DNA of 64,000 nt, from positions 3,100,001-3,164,000 of the forward strand of contig CDROCS010000253.1 in NCBI GenBank assembly GCA_977020255.1, given 5' to 3'. The notes below the pieces were generated by a model. The model had not been told where the DNA came from. It was given only the letters and a program-made list of their open reading frames with translations, and searched no databases. Of the stretch, positions 8,305 through 17,588 are shown in pieces. Source of the stretch: Obrimoposthia wandeli. Its lineage: Eukaryota. Each line of letters begins with the position of its first letter. Position 1 is the first letter of the stretch. Position numbers and translations under genes: made by a program.

Positions 8305-10785
8305 ATGACAAATTTTAACACTACAGGCATACAGAATGGTTTTTTATTGACTCGACAAGTGCAAGATAAACGCACAGGGTTAGTAATAACCTTATGGCTG
8401 AAAACTGATGCAGGGCCCGTTAAGCTAGAAATAACCAATGAGTTAGCGGTATTCTTTGTCGAATTAGAGTATCTAGAAACGGCTAAAGCTATCTTAGCAG
8501 ACCAAAGAATAATGCTTGAAAAGCATCAAGTGTTATCGTTAAAAACCTTCAGCCAACGTGATGTTGCTGCCTTATATTTTATCAGTATGCGAAACTTCTA
8601 TCGCGCTAGAGATGCTCTAAAGTCTCAAAATATCAAATGTTATGAAGATGATATTCGCCCAGATGATCGATTTTTGATGGAGCGGCATATTACCGCCGAT
8701 ATTGATTACTTGGGTAATCATCAGTTATGCGGTGGCTACCAACTCACCAAACAAGCTAAATGTAAGGGAGCAGCAGTAAAGCATCAACATAGCTTAACTA
8801 TGCTGTCTATCGATATAGAGTGTTCAATGCAAGGCGAGTTATATTCTATCGGCTTGTATGCAAATAATAATCAGACAGTGTTCAAACAGGTGTTAATGAT
8901 TGGTGACCCGCAGCTAAATAGTGATAATTATATTCATTGGCAAGCGGATGAAAAAAAACTATTACAGCAATTTATTCGAGCAGTTAATTTATTCGATGCT
9001 GATATTTTTATTGGTTGGAATGTCATTGATTTTGATTTTATGCTTTTACAAAAACGTTGTGATCTTCACGGTATCCAATTTGCGATAGGACGTGATGGTA
9101 CCACGCCTTTCTGGCGAAAAAATAACAACAATACCGAGCAAAACTTCATTGAAATAGCGGGTCGTGTGGTCTTAGATGGCATCGACTTGTTGAAAACGGC
9201 TACTTATAACTTTAGCCGTTTTTCATTAGATAATGTCGCTCAAAGCTTACTTGGTTTAGGTAAAAAGGTGGCTGATGTTGACAACCGAGTACATGAAATC
9301 ACCGAGAATTTTCATCATAACAAAGCCGCGTTAGCCGCATATAACCTTGAAGACTGTCGTCTAGTGTGGCTTATTTTTGAAAAAACGCAGTTACTGGCTT
9401 TTGCGCAGTTAAGAGCGCAACTTACCGGTTTATCCATAGACAGAGTAGGTGGCTCAGTTGCTGCTTTTACTAATCTATATTTACCTAAATTACATCGAAG
9501 TGGCTACATAGCACCGAATATGGGCGATGGTGAATCTGGCTTAGTCTCGCCTGGTGGTTATGTTATGGACTCTAAACCGGGCTTGTACACGAATGTGCTA
9601 GTATTGGACTTTAAATCATTGTATCCGAGTATTATTCGCACCTTTAAAATTGATCCCATGGGATTAATTGAAGGGCTCAAAGCGGTAAGTGAACACAAGT
9701 TAGCTCATGATAAAGCTGATAATTTAACTAATAACTTAAACGAAACATTAAGCGATGATTGTTTTGACCATGTCATCAGTGGTTTTGACGGTGCTTATTT
9801 TTCTCGCAAGGCACATTTTTTACCTGATATCATCGAAGCCCTTTGGTTAGAAAGAGATAAAGCAAAACTGCAAAAGAATGCCGCCTTATCTCAAGCAATA
9901 AAAATAATCATGAGTAGTTTTTATGGTGTTTTAGGGTCAACAGGTTGTCGTTTCTTCGACCCTAGATTATCAGGCTCTATCACTAAAAGAAGTCATGAAA
10001 TTTTAAAGAAAACCAGTGTTTGGATTGAAAAGCTAGGGTATCAAGTCATTTATGGCGATACCGATTCACTTTTTGTTTCAATAGGTGCCGATAAAACTAA
10101 AACCCAGGCAAAGCAATTAGGTGCAGAGTTACGGTCATATATAAATGATAAGTGGCAAAATCGACTAAAGCGCGATTTTAACATTGAAAGTCAATTAGAT
10201 ATCGAATTTGAAACGCATTTCACTAAATTTTTGATGCCAACCATACGTGGACTTCATACGGTAAAAGATCAAAATAGTATTGGTACTAAAAAACGCTATG
10301 CAGGTGTTTCTGATGGTGAACTTGTATTTAAGGGCTTGGAAACTGTACGCAGTGACTGGACTGACTTAAGTAAAGATTTTCAGCAAGAGTTATACCGGTT
10401 GATATTTAATGATAAACCTATTGAGGGTTACATTAAAAAAATAGTTGATGAATTGAAGCAAGGGCTTTATGACGATAAGCTAATATATAAGAAAAAAATC
10501 AGACGAAAACTAAGTGATTATGTAAATACCCCGCCTCACATCAAAGCCGCATTATTAGCTAATCAAAAGCTTAAATCACTAGGCGAGAAGCCAAAATATA
10601 AACACAGAAGTCTAATAAGGTATATTATCACCCTTGATGGGGTTCAACCCCTAGAATTTAATACCAGCAAGCTCGATTATGATTTTTATGTCGAGAAACA
10701 ACTTAAACCGATAGCGGATGATATTTTGCCTTTTATTGGTAAAGACTTTGAGTCAATTGCCGGCGATCAGATGGGACTTTTTTAA
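8305..10785 (+). CDS. polB: DNA polymerase II (family B)
   Basis: Exo motifs DIEC, GWNVIDFD, YNLED; polymerase motifs DFKSLYP, KIIMSSFYG (variant), YGDTDS. ATG 8305 preferred over TTG/GTG 8272. Confidence 0.95.
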   Translation: MTNFNTTGIQNGFLLTRQVQDKRTGLVITLWLKTDAGPVKLEITNELAVFFVELEYLETAKAILADQRIMLEKHQVLSLKTFSQRDVAALYFISMRNFYRARDALKSQNIKCYEDDIRPDDRFLMERHITADIDYLGNHQLCGGYQLTKQAKCKGAAVKHQHSLTMLSIDIECSMQGELYSIGLYANNNQTVFKQVLMIGDPQLNSDNYIHWQADEKKLLQQFIRAVNLFDADIFIGWNVIDFDFMLLQKRCDLHGIQFAIGRDGTTPFWRKNNNNTEQNFIEIAGRVVLDGIDLLKTATYNFSRFSLDNVAQSLLGLGKKVADVDNRVHEITENFHHNKAALAAYNLEDCRLVWLIFEKTQLLAFAQLRAQLTGLSIDRVGGSVAAFTNLYLPKLHRSGYIAPNMGDGESGLVSPGGYVMDSKPGLYTNVLVLDFKSLYPSIIRTFKIDPMGLIEGLKAVSEHKLAHDKADNLTNNLNETLSDDCFDHVISGFDGAYFSRKAHFLPDIIEALWLERDKAKLQKNAALSQAIKIIMSSFYGVLGSTGCRFFDPRLSGSITKRSHEILKKTSVWIEKLGYQVIYGDTDSLFVSIGADKTKTQAKQLGAELRSYINDKWQNRLKRDFNIESQLDIEFETHFTKFLMPTIRGLHTVKDQNSIGTKKRYAGVSDGELVFKGLETVRSDWTDLSKDFQQELYRLIFNDKPIEGYIKKIVDELKQGLYDDKLIYKKKIRRKLSDYVNTPPHIKAALLANQKLKSLGEKPKYKHRSLIRYIITLDGVQPLEFNTSKLDYDFYVEKQLKPIADDILPFIGKDFESIAGDQMGLF

Positions 10786-10793
10786 CGAGTTAC

Positions 10794-10859
10794 TAAACAC
10801 TCCCTTCGCGATTAATATTAACTCTCAATAATTCATATTAATCGCGAAGGGAGTGTTTA
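10794..10859. terminator. 25-bp perfect inverted repeat after polB
   Basis: TAAACACTCCCTTCGCGATTAATAT - 16 nt loop - ATATTAATCGCGAAGGGAGTGTTTA. Confidence 0.7.
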
Positions 10860-10929
10860 TTTTCAAATATCACCTAACAATACCTAGCCAGTTGCGTCGA
10901 TTCAGGTTATAAATACACTATAAAGTTTT

Positions 10930-10945
10930 AGATGGCTAGATAGCT
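10930..10945. promoter_or_regulatory. Tandem MetJ boxes upstream of metC
   Basis: AGATGGCT-AGATAGCT, two contiguous 8-mers matching AGACGTCT at 6/8 and 5/8. Confidence 0.75.
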
Positions 10946-10994
10946 GAAAGTAACATTCATGCCGCTAAAGCTAAATCCCTTTAATGGAGTGAAT

Positions 10995-12176
10995 ATGAAA
11001 CAAGATACTAAAATAGTAAATGCTGGACGTAGCGCTAAATGGACTAATGGTGTGGTTAATCCGGCGGTAACTCGCGCCTCTACGGTGGTATTTAATACCG
11101 TGGCTGAAATGAACAATGCCGTGGCCAACCGACATAATCAAACCATGGTTTATGGTCGCCGAGGCACAACAACGTCTTTCGCTTTTAGCGATGCTATGAC
11201 TGAGTTAGAAGGGGGAGCGGGTTGTGCATTATACCCATCAGGTACCGCAGCAATTACCAATGCTATCCTAGCCTTTGTTAAACAGGGCGATCATATATTA
11301 ATGGTTGATAGTGCTTATGAGCCTACCCGTGATTATTGTGAGAAAATATTAGCTAAAATGGGCGTAACCACAACTTATTATGATCCTATGCTTGGCGCTG
11401 ATATTGAAGCCTTGATCCAAGATAATACCTGTCTGATTTTCTTAGAGTCTCCTGGTTCTATTACCATGGAAGTACAAGACGTTCCTGCTATTAGTGCTAT
11501 TGCGCATAAACATGATTGTATCGTTATGCTTGATAATACCTGGGGGGCAGGCATTAACTTTAAACCATTTGATTATGGTGTTGATGTAAGCATACAAGCA
11601 GCAACAAAATATATTGTTGGTCATTCTGATGTTATGTTGGGCACTGCGACAGCGGTAGAAAAATATTGGCCTCAACTGAGAGATTACAGTTATTTGATGG
11701 GACAATGTACCTCTCCTGATGATTTATACTTAGCGCTTCGTGGCATACGCACTCTTGGAGTAAGATTGAAGCAACATCAGAAAAGTGCAATTAAAGTCGC
11801 TCAATGGTTACAAGAACGTCCAGAAGTCGCCAAAATATTACATCCCGCGTTTGAGTCTTGTCCTGGTCATGAATTTTTCAAACGTGATTTTGAAGGTTCA
11901 AATGGTTTGTTCTCTTTTGTACTTAACTGCGGTAATAAACAAGCATTGACTGAGTTTTTAGATGGTTTAGATCATTTTAAAATGGGTTATTCATGGGGAG
12001 GCTTTGAAAGTTTAATTTTAGGTATCACTAATGTAAATGCTATTCGAAGTGCAACAACATTTGACTGTGAGTTTCCGCTCATTCGTCTGCATATCGGTTT
12101 AGAAGATGTCGACGATTTAATTGCGGATTTATCGAAAGGATTTGATCGCTTTAACCAAGTACTCGCCAAGTCATAA
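10995..12176 (+). CDS. metC: Cystathionine beta-lyase
   Basis: YGRRGT, ESPGS, DNTW, ATKYIVGHSD (PLP Lys), SWGGFES, RLHIGLED; SD GGAG precedes ATG 10995. Confidence 0.93.
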   Translation: MKQDTKIVNAGRSAKWTNGVVNPAVTRASTVVFNTVAEMNNAVANRHNQTMVYGRRGTTTSFAFSDAMTELEGGAGCALYPSGTAAITNAILAFVKQGDHILMVDSAYEPTRDYCEKILAKMGVTTTYYDPMLGADIEALIQDNTCLIFLESPGSITMEVQDVPAISAIAHKHDCIVMLDNTWGAGINFKPFDYGVDVSIQAATKYIVGHSDVMLGTATAVEKYWPQLRDYSYLMGQCTSPDDLYLALRGIRTLGVRLKQHQKSAIKVAQWLQERPEVAKILHPAFESCPGHEFFKRDFEGSNGLFSFVLNCGNKQALTEFLDGLDHFKMGYSWGGFESLILGITNVNAIRSATTFDCEFPLIRLHIGLEDVDDLIADLSKGFDRFNQVLAKS

Positions 12177-12198
12177 ACTCTATTTCCCTATTTTTAAC

Positions 12199-12231
12199 CT
12201 AGCTAAGCGCGGTATTTTTGCGCTTAGCTAG
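12199..12231. terminator. metC terminator hairpin
   Basis: 12-bp stem CTAGCTAAGCGC/GCGCTTAGCTAG. Confidence 0.7.
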
Positions 12232-12255
12232 TTATGGTCATTATACGAAGCCAAG

Positions 12256-12348
12256 TCAGATTGGGTCATTCGGTGTAGTGAATTACTTAGTCCATTGGTT
12301 GATAAATTAAAAATCAAGCTGCTTAGCCAACCAGTAATACATGCCGAA
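12256..12348 (+). pseudogene. IS66 tnpC relic (~31 codons)
   Basis: SDWVIRCSELLSPLVDKLKIKLLSQPVIHAE aligns at 15/31 identity with SSWMLRSAQLLEPLYMRLKEVLLAEPAIHAD of the TnpC at 41299-42828. Confidence 0.75.
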
Positions 12349-12407
12349 GGAAGTACTTTCTTGGTTTACTCAAGTTCTGGCTTTCTTAATTTATGGTAAA
12401 TTTTGAA

Positions 12408-13055
12408 CTAGTTAGCGCAGCTAATATAAACTGTACACTTGTCATCAGTTGTACAAACAAACTTACCTGTACATGTTGGACCAGAGTCATAACCCTTTAA
12501 TTTTAGGGAAACACCTAATTACTCAAAAAAAGTTTTTGCATCCATTGTATATTCAACTTCTGGATTATCCTTTGATGCGTAATCTTGGAATGCACCGACA
12601 AAATCACTTCTAGTTTGAGATGATTCTAGGGCATTAAATACACTTTTATAACTAAAATCTTCAGGCAATCGAATAGGAGTCTGATTACGTGCTGTACTCT
12701 TAATTTCCTCATTGATAGATGACATTTCAACTAAAAAGTTGTTGATTGCTAAAAGATCGCTTTCAGTAGAATAAACGTTAACTCGTGGTTGTGTTTCTTC
12801 ATCAGCTTCTTCCCAGGGATCAATTTCAGGCCAGTCTATAGTTATTCGTTTTGATACATTATTAACAACATCTAATATTGTATAGTTAGCATCAGAAGTA
12901 TTCGCAGCAGAAAGGGCCATAGACTTCATTTTAGTGACCGAACAATTATCACAATAAAGAACACCTTCTTTAATTGTGGCGTTCGCGTTATGGGTAATAA
13001 ATATACTTATAAGAGAGAGTAAATTTACGGCAGCTTTTTTTAGAAACGTTTTCAC
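12408..13055 (-). pseudogene. Secreted Cys-containing orphan protein, probably split by an in-frame TAA at 12519-12521
   Basis: Signal peptide (..HNANA|T), CDNC motif; the frame stays open for 36 more codons after the TAA (LGVSLKLKGYDSGPTCTGKFVCTTDDKCTVYISCAN*). Confidence 0.6.
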
Positions 13056-13402
13056 TCTATATCATTATTTAATTATAAATTATAAATTACGAAATTATTA
13101 AATGTCTTAGCTGTAACCCAACCTAAAGCAGCACCTCTGAGATATTCTTAGGCAAGTCTTGTTTGTTAACGGGTGATATTTTTCTTATATCGGCAGCAAT
13201 AGCAATATTGGTTGATAGGCGAATGCAGCTGAGCAAAGTTAATGTCGAGAAAAGTATAATAGAAGAGTTGTGTGTAAACATAAGGTACTAGAGAATTATA
13301 AAAAACGCGTAATTCTAATCAGCCATCTTTACTTTGTCTAGTTAGGGTTTATTGACAGAGAGTAAATTTAATAGACTACGCGCTCAAAAAATAATTTTTA
13401 TG

Positions 13403-14467
13403 TTATATATCAGCAGAAGATAACTTTACCACATAAAATAAACAGTCATTTATCGCTGTGTTTTTATTGGTTGTCGCTTTAAATAAACGTAAATTATGTC
13501 GGCAAACTAATTGATTTTCTCTAGCATAAAAATAGTCATTAAGTACATTTTTACCATTTTTATCAATGAGTAGTAGGTTATCAAGACCATTGCCGTCAAT
13601 CCAGCCGAGCATGTCATCTTGATGAGCACTGCCAAAGTTGAAGCATTCAATATTGTCTTTAAGGGTAACGCCACTGTAGCCTTCATCATGCTTAGCATAA
13701 GATAGTTCGGTGTCTTGCTTTAATCGTAATCTAAGTGGGCGATAAATGACTTCTACCGGTTTTTCTTGATGGATATAACCTATACTTTCGCACTGTGCAA
13801 CTTGAGAAATACCTGAAAAGGCAATTTCATGGGCTTGTTCATCTTGGCAACCACCACATTCAATAGTGATAAATGGGCAATCAAAATTTTGCTCCATTAT
13901 TGAGCCCATAGTCAAATCAGATAAGATTAAGGTTTGGCAAAAAAGTGACGCCAGTGACAATGTTTCAGTCGTCACGACTGAGCTAATAGCGAAAGTAGGA
14001 CCTGAGCTTGAAGAGTTGTGAAGATCGATCACCATCTCAGGGTTAACTTCTCTGATTGCTTGTTCAATCAATGATGCACGTTGACAATAACCTCTTTGCC
14101 CATCTTGACATTCAAATGAGCAATCTTTACCAAAACAACGATTAATATCGATGCCACCATTAATAAAACGCTTGCTAAACAAGGGTTTACTTGTGGCGGC
14201 TTCTACCGAACAGATGATAAATCGTAAATTCGTCGTAGGTTTTTCTTGTGCCAAAATTTCAGTTAAGTATCGATGCATGGCGATTAAACCAGAAGGCTCG
14301 TTACCGTGAAGTAACGTAATAAATACTCGACACTTGCTTTGATCATTCCCTGAAACATCAATAACGGTTGGACCTGTCATTGATAGAAGAAATTGTTCGT
14401 AGTCCGCATGTAAATCTTGCCATGTCGGATCTTTTAAATAGTTGATTTCGCTAAAATCTATATCCAT
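13403..14467 (-). CDS. Succinylglutamate desuccinylase/aspartoacylase family (M14) metallohydrolase
   Basis: LLHGNEPSG, DINR, DLHN, ECGG. Start placed at MDIDF (14467) because the track's extension runs into the repeat. Confidence 0.85.
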   Translation of the reverse strand: MDIDFSEINYLKDPTWQDLHADYEQFLLSMTGPTVIDVSGNDQSKCRVFITLLHGNEPSGLIAMHRYLTEILAQEKPTTNLRFIICSVEAATSKPLFSKRFINGGIDINRCFGKDCSFECQDGQRGYCQRASLIEQAIREVNPEMVIDLHNSSSSGPTFAISSVVTTETLSLASLFCQTLILSDLTMGSIMEQNFDCPFITIECGGCQDEQAHEIAFSGISQVAQCESIGYIHQEKPVEVIYRPLRLRLKQDTELSYAKHDEGYSGVTLKDNIECFNFGSAHQDDMLGWIDGNGLDNLLLIDKNGKNVLNDYFYARENQLVCRHNLRLFKATTNKNTAINDCLFYVVKLSSADI

Positions 14468-14607
14468 AATGCTACCTAAGTAATTTTTGTTTGATGTGTA
14501 AATCCTTTTAAAAGACAAGGATGCCACACTTACAGCAATTAGCATGTTGATTAAGGTCAATAAAGTGTAGTAAAGGGATGATTTATATTTATTTGGCAGT
14601 AAACTAC

Positions 14608-14653
14608 TATACCCGTTACCAATCAAGATATACTTGGAATGATAACGGGTATA
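14608..14653. repeat. 46-bp collapsed ERIC-like element (terminal repeats only)
   Basis: TATACCCGTTA...TAACGGGTATA; shares its terminal TA with the adjacent full copy. Confidence 0.75.
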
Positions 14654-14965
14654 TACCCGTTCCACTTGAAGATGCATGATTCCGCTGGAATTAGAAACGC
14701 CTTTAGGCAAGGCATTGATTGAAGAGAATAGTTATTCTATTGTCGAAATCAATAACGCAGCATAAAGCGTTTCTAAACCAGCCCCTTGGTGAAGGCTGAG
14801 CAAATCATACTCTGCGTTACCTTTCTTTTTAAGGACGCTACATGGAGGTAGCTTCTTAGAGAATGCAGGAGCACATTCTCCTGAATGACCCTTAATAAAA
14901 AATGCACCTTGATTATGAATCGCTCAGACTTCCTGAAACGAGCATCTTCAAGTGGAGTGGGTATA
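14652..14965 (+). mobile_element. ERIC-like MITE copy A (314 bp)
   Basis: TIRs TATACCCGTTCCACTTGAAGATGC / GCATCTTCAAGTGGAGTGGGTATA, TA ends; near-identical to copies B, C and D. Confidence 0.9.
14835..14882 (+). mobile_element. Nested 48-nt micro-element with two GGA-loop hairpins
   Basis: Absent at this position in copies B and C; followed by GAAT. Confidence 0.8.
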
Positions 14966-15000
14966 ATACTTTTGAACTGAACCTATATAGAGAGATTACT

Positions 15001-15351
15001 ATGAGTGAAGAAACCATTTTTTCTAAAATTATTCGTCAAGAAATTCCCACGCCATTGTTATATCAAGATGAATTAGTTACTGCATTTCGAGATGTTGCCC
15101 CCCGTGTTGATAGTCATATATTAATTGTTCCTAATAAACACATTGCGACTATTAATGATGTCACCAGTGAAGATGAATTAACCTTAGGCCGTATGATTAC
15201 TGTTGCCAAAAAGCTTGCCAAAGAAGAGGGTATTGATGAAAGTGGCTACCGATTAATTATCAATTGTAATCGTGATGGTGGACAAGAGGTTTATCATATT
15301 CATATGCATTTATTAGGTGGTCAACCTTTAGGCAATATGTTGCCTTTGTAG
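15001..15351 (+). CDS. hinT: HIT-family purine nucleoside phosphoramidase
   Basis: [11 protein letters not shown]..., HIHMH triad; true start at 15001 (track start lies inside the MITE). Confidence 0.92.
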   Translation: MSEETIFSKIIRQEIPTPLLYQDELVTAFRDVAPRVDSHILIVPNKHIATINDVTSEDELTLGRMITVAKKLAKEEGIDESGYRLIINCNRDGGQEVYHIHMHLLGGQPLGNMLPL

Positions 15352-15465
15352 AGACATAATAGATTCATTAACGAATGAAGTATGCGATAAGTCGCTAGAT
15401 TACTAAGGTCAAAGGCAATGTAATGCTGTAATTATTAGCGCATACTTCGTTATAGCATCCATTAA

Positions 15466-16551
15466 ATGGTTATTTTTGTGAATTGGAAAGAATTACTAGA
15501 AAATAGAAATCGTTTGTTTTGGCTAGCCCATACCGCCGGCTGGTTTGGCTTTGCTTTTGTGCATTACCTTGGCTCATTGCAACATGATTCGCGCGATATC
15601 TTCGTGGTAATTATCTTTCTTAACGCTTACGCTGGTTGGTTGTTTACGGTACCGCTGCGTTATATTTATCGAAAAGCATGGAACCTCCCCCCGATTAAGA
15701 TTGCCTTAGTGGTCATTCTTTCCTCGTATTTTACCGGCGTATTGTGGCAAATAGTTAAAAACATCAATCACTGGGAAATATATAAACATGGTTATGAGCC
15801 AGAATTTTGGTATATGTATACTCAAGCTAGCTTAGGGTCTTTTTATATTATCTTAAGTTGGAGTGGTTTGTATTTTGGTAGTAAATACTATCAAATGTTA
15901 CAAATAGAAAAACAAAATGTCTTAAAAGCGAATGCGGTTGCTCATCAAGCACAACTAAAAATGTTGCGTTATCAACTTAACCCGCATTTTTTGTTTAATA
16001 CCCTCAATGCTATTTCAACGCTTATTTTGATAGAAGAAAATAAAACGGCAAATACCATGGTAACTAAGCTCAGTGAGTTTTTACGTTATTCACTTGATAA
16101 AGATCCAATGAAAAAAGTGACCTTAGAATCTGAAATACAAGCATTACAGCTGTATCTTGCTATCGAACAAGTCCGCTTTGAAGATAGGTTACAACTTGAT
16201 TTTCAAATAAATGATAATTGTCAGCAGGCTTTAGTGCCAAGCATGATTTTACAGCCATTAGCTGAAAATGCGATAAAACATGCTATTGCCGTACAAGAGC
16301 AGGGCGGCCGTATTACTATTTCCGTTAATCGCTTTGCCGATGACTTATTGATAGAAATTGCCGATAATGGTCCCGGAGCAGATATTGTTAATGGTAACTT
16401 ACATCGAGAAAGTGGTGTCGGTTTAGTGAATACGAGAGAGCGGTTACAAGCGTTATATAATGAAAATTTTTCATTAGTTGTTTCCCATAATGAACCGTCT
16501 GGTGTTAAAGTAAATCTTCGTCTGCCATTCAATAGCAATGTAATTAATTAA
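15466..16551 (+). CDS. LytS/YpdA-like membrane sensor histidine kinase
   Basis: TM region, LRYQLNPHFLFNTLN, LQPLAENAIKH, DNGPG, GVGLVN. Confidence 0.9.
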   Translation: MVIFVNWKELLENRNRLFWLAHTAGWFGFAFVHYLGSLQHDSRDIFVVIIFLNAYAGWLFTVPLRYIYRKAWNLPPIKIALVVILSSYFTGVLWQIVKNINHWEIYKHGYEPEFWYMYTQASLGSFYIILSWSGLYFGSKYYQMLQIEKQNVLKANAVAHQAQLKMLRYQLNPHFLFNTLNAISTLILIEENKTANTMVTKLSEFLRYSLDKDPMKKVTLESEIQALQLYLAIEQVRFEDRLQLDFQINDNCQQALVPSMILQPLAENAIKHAIAVQEQGGRITISVNRFADDLLIEIADNGPGADIVNGNLHRESGVGLVNTRERLQALYNENFSLVVSHNEPSGVKVNLRLPFNSNVIN

Positions 16552-16644
16552 GGTTACAGCTTCTATTTTAAAAGAAGCAATGATCACTTTGTTAGTCTTG
16601 TCTGATCGCACCGTTTATGAGAATGAATTAATTAGGGATTTTTT

Positions 16645-17487
16645 ATGTCACTATCAACCATTATCGTTGATGATGAACCGCTGGCTCGTAAAGGATTGGC
16701 AATACGTTTAAAAGCACATGATGAAATTAACGTTATTGAGCAGTGCTGTAACGGTAGAGAAGCATTAGAAGCGATACGAGCTTACCAAGTTGATTTAATG
16801 TTTCTTGATATTCAAATGCCAGGCCTTAATGGCTTTCAGGTATTAGAAAGTATTATCGAGCAAGGGTTAACTATGCCTGTTGTCGTCTTTGTTACTGCCT
16901 TTGATCAATACGCGTTAAAAGCTTTTGAAGTACACGCGCTGGATTATTTATTAAAACCAGCAGATGAAGAAAGACTTGAGCAAACTATTGATAAAATACA
17001 GCATTACTTTCAAAGCAGTGCAGATACGGCACATAAGTCGAAACTAGTTCGTTTAGTGAGTGATGTTACCGGTAATGATTATCAGCAAATATTAACCGAG
17101 TTAGACAATGACCAAGAATTAACTTTATCTAACTATTCTGATGTATTAGCGATTAAAGATGCTGGTGAAGTGAACCGTGTCTCGGTAAAGGATATTCTTT
17201 GGATTGATGCTGCAGGCGATTATATGTGTGTACATACCTTGGAAACTAAACAAAACTTTCCTCAAGAAAATACCTATATTCTTAGAAAAACTATGAAAGA
17301 ATTAGAAGCCTGCTTAGATCCCAAACAATTTATTCGTAACCATAGATCGACCATAGTGAACAAAAATATCATTGATAAATTTTGTAGCCAAGTAAATGGC
17401 GAGTACTTTTTAGTATTGAAAAATGGTAAAGAATTAAAAGTGAGTCGTAGTTATAAGGATAAAGTAAAACAAGCAGTTAATAGCTAA
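16645..17487 (+). CDS. LytTR-family response regulator
   Basis: VDDEPLAR, FLDIQMPG, VTAFD, YLLKP; C-terminal FIRNHRSTIVN. Confidence 0.92.
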   Translation: MSLSTIIVDDEPLARKGLAIRLKAHDEINVIEQCCNGREALEAIRAYQVDLMFLDIQMPGLNGFQVLESIIEQGLTMPVVVFVTAFDQYALKAFEVHALDYLLKPADEERLEQTIDKIQHYFQSSADTAHKSKLVRLVSDVTGNDYQQILTELDNDQELTLSNYSDVLAIKDAGEVNRVSVKDILWIDAAGDYMCVHTLETKQNFPQENTYILRKTMKELEACLDPKQFIRNHRSTIVNKNIIDKFCSQVNGEYFLVLKNGKELKVSRSYKDKVKQAVNS

Positions 17488-17514
17488 TAGCTTAATGCCT
17501 AAGCTAAGAAAAAT

Positions 17515-17549
17515 AAAAAGGCCATATGTGGATAACATATGGCCTTTTT
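17515..17549. terminator. Bidirectional terminator between convergent lytTR and pykA
   Basis: AAAAAGGCCATATGT / ACATATGGCCTTTTT. Confidence 0.85.
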
Positions 17550-17588
17550 AACGTTAACTAGCGAAGTATTTCTTAAATAAAGTTGAAA

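Noticed and set aside
13056-13402. Possible gene relic upstream of the orphan gene
   Set aside because: The frames I translated gave no recognisable motif.
14468-14710. 81-aa N-terminal extension of the M14 ORF and 33-aa extension of the hinT ORF (14902-15000)
   Set aside because: Both run through the MITE or intergenic DNA; family-typical starts are at 14467 and 15001.
15371-15452. Imperfect ~80-nt hairpin between hinT and the sensor kinase gene
   Set aside because: Single copy with ~10-bp arms; consistent with an ordinary terminator or remnant.
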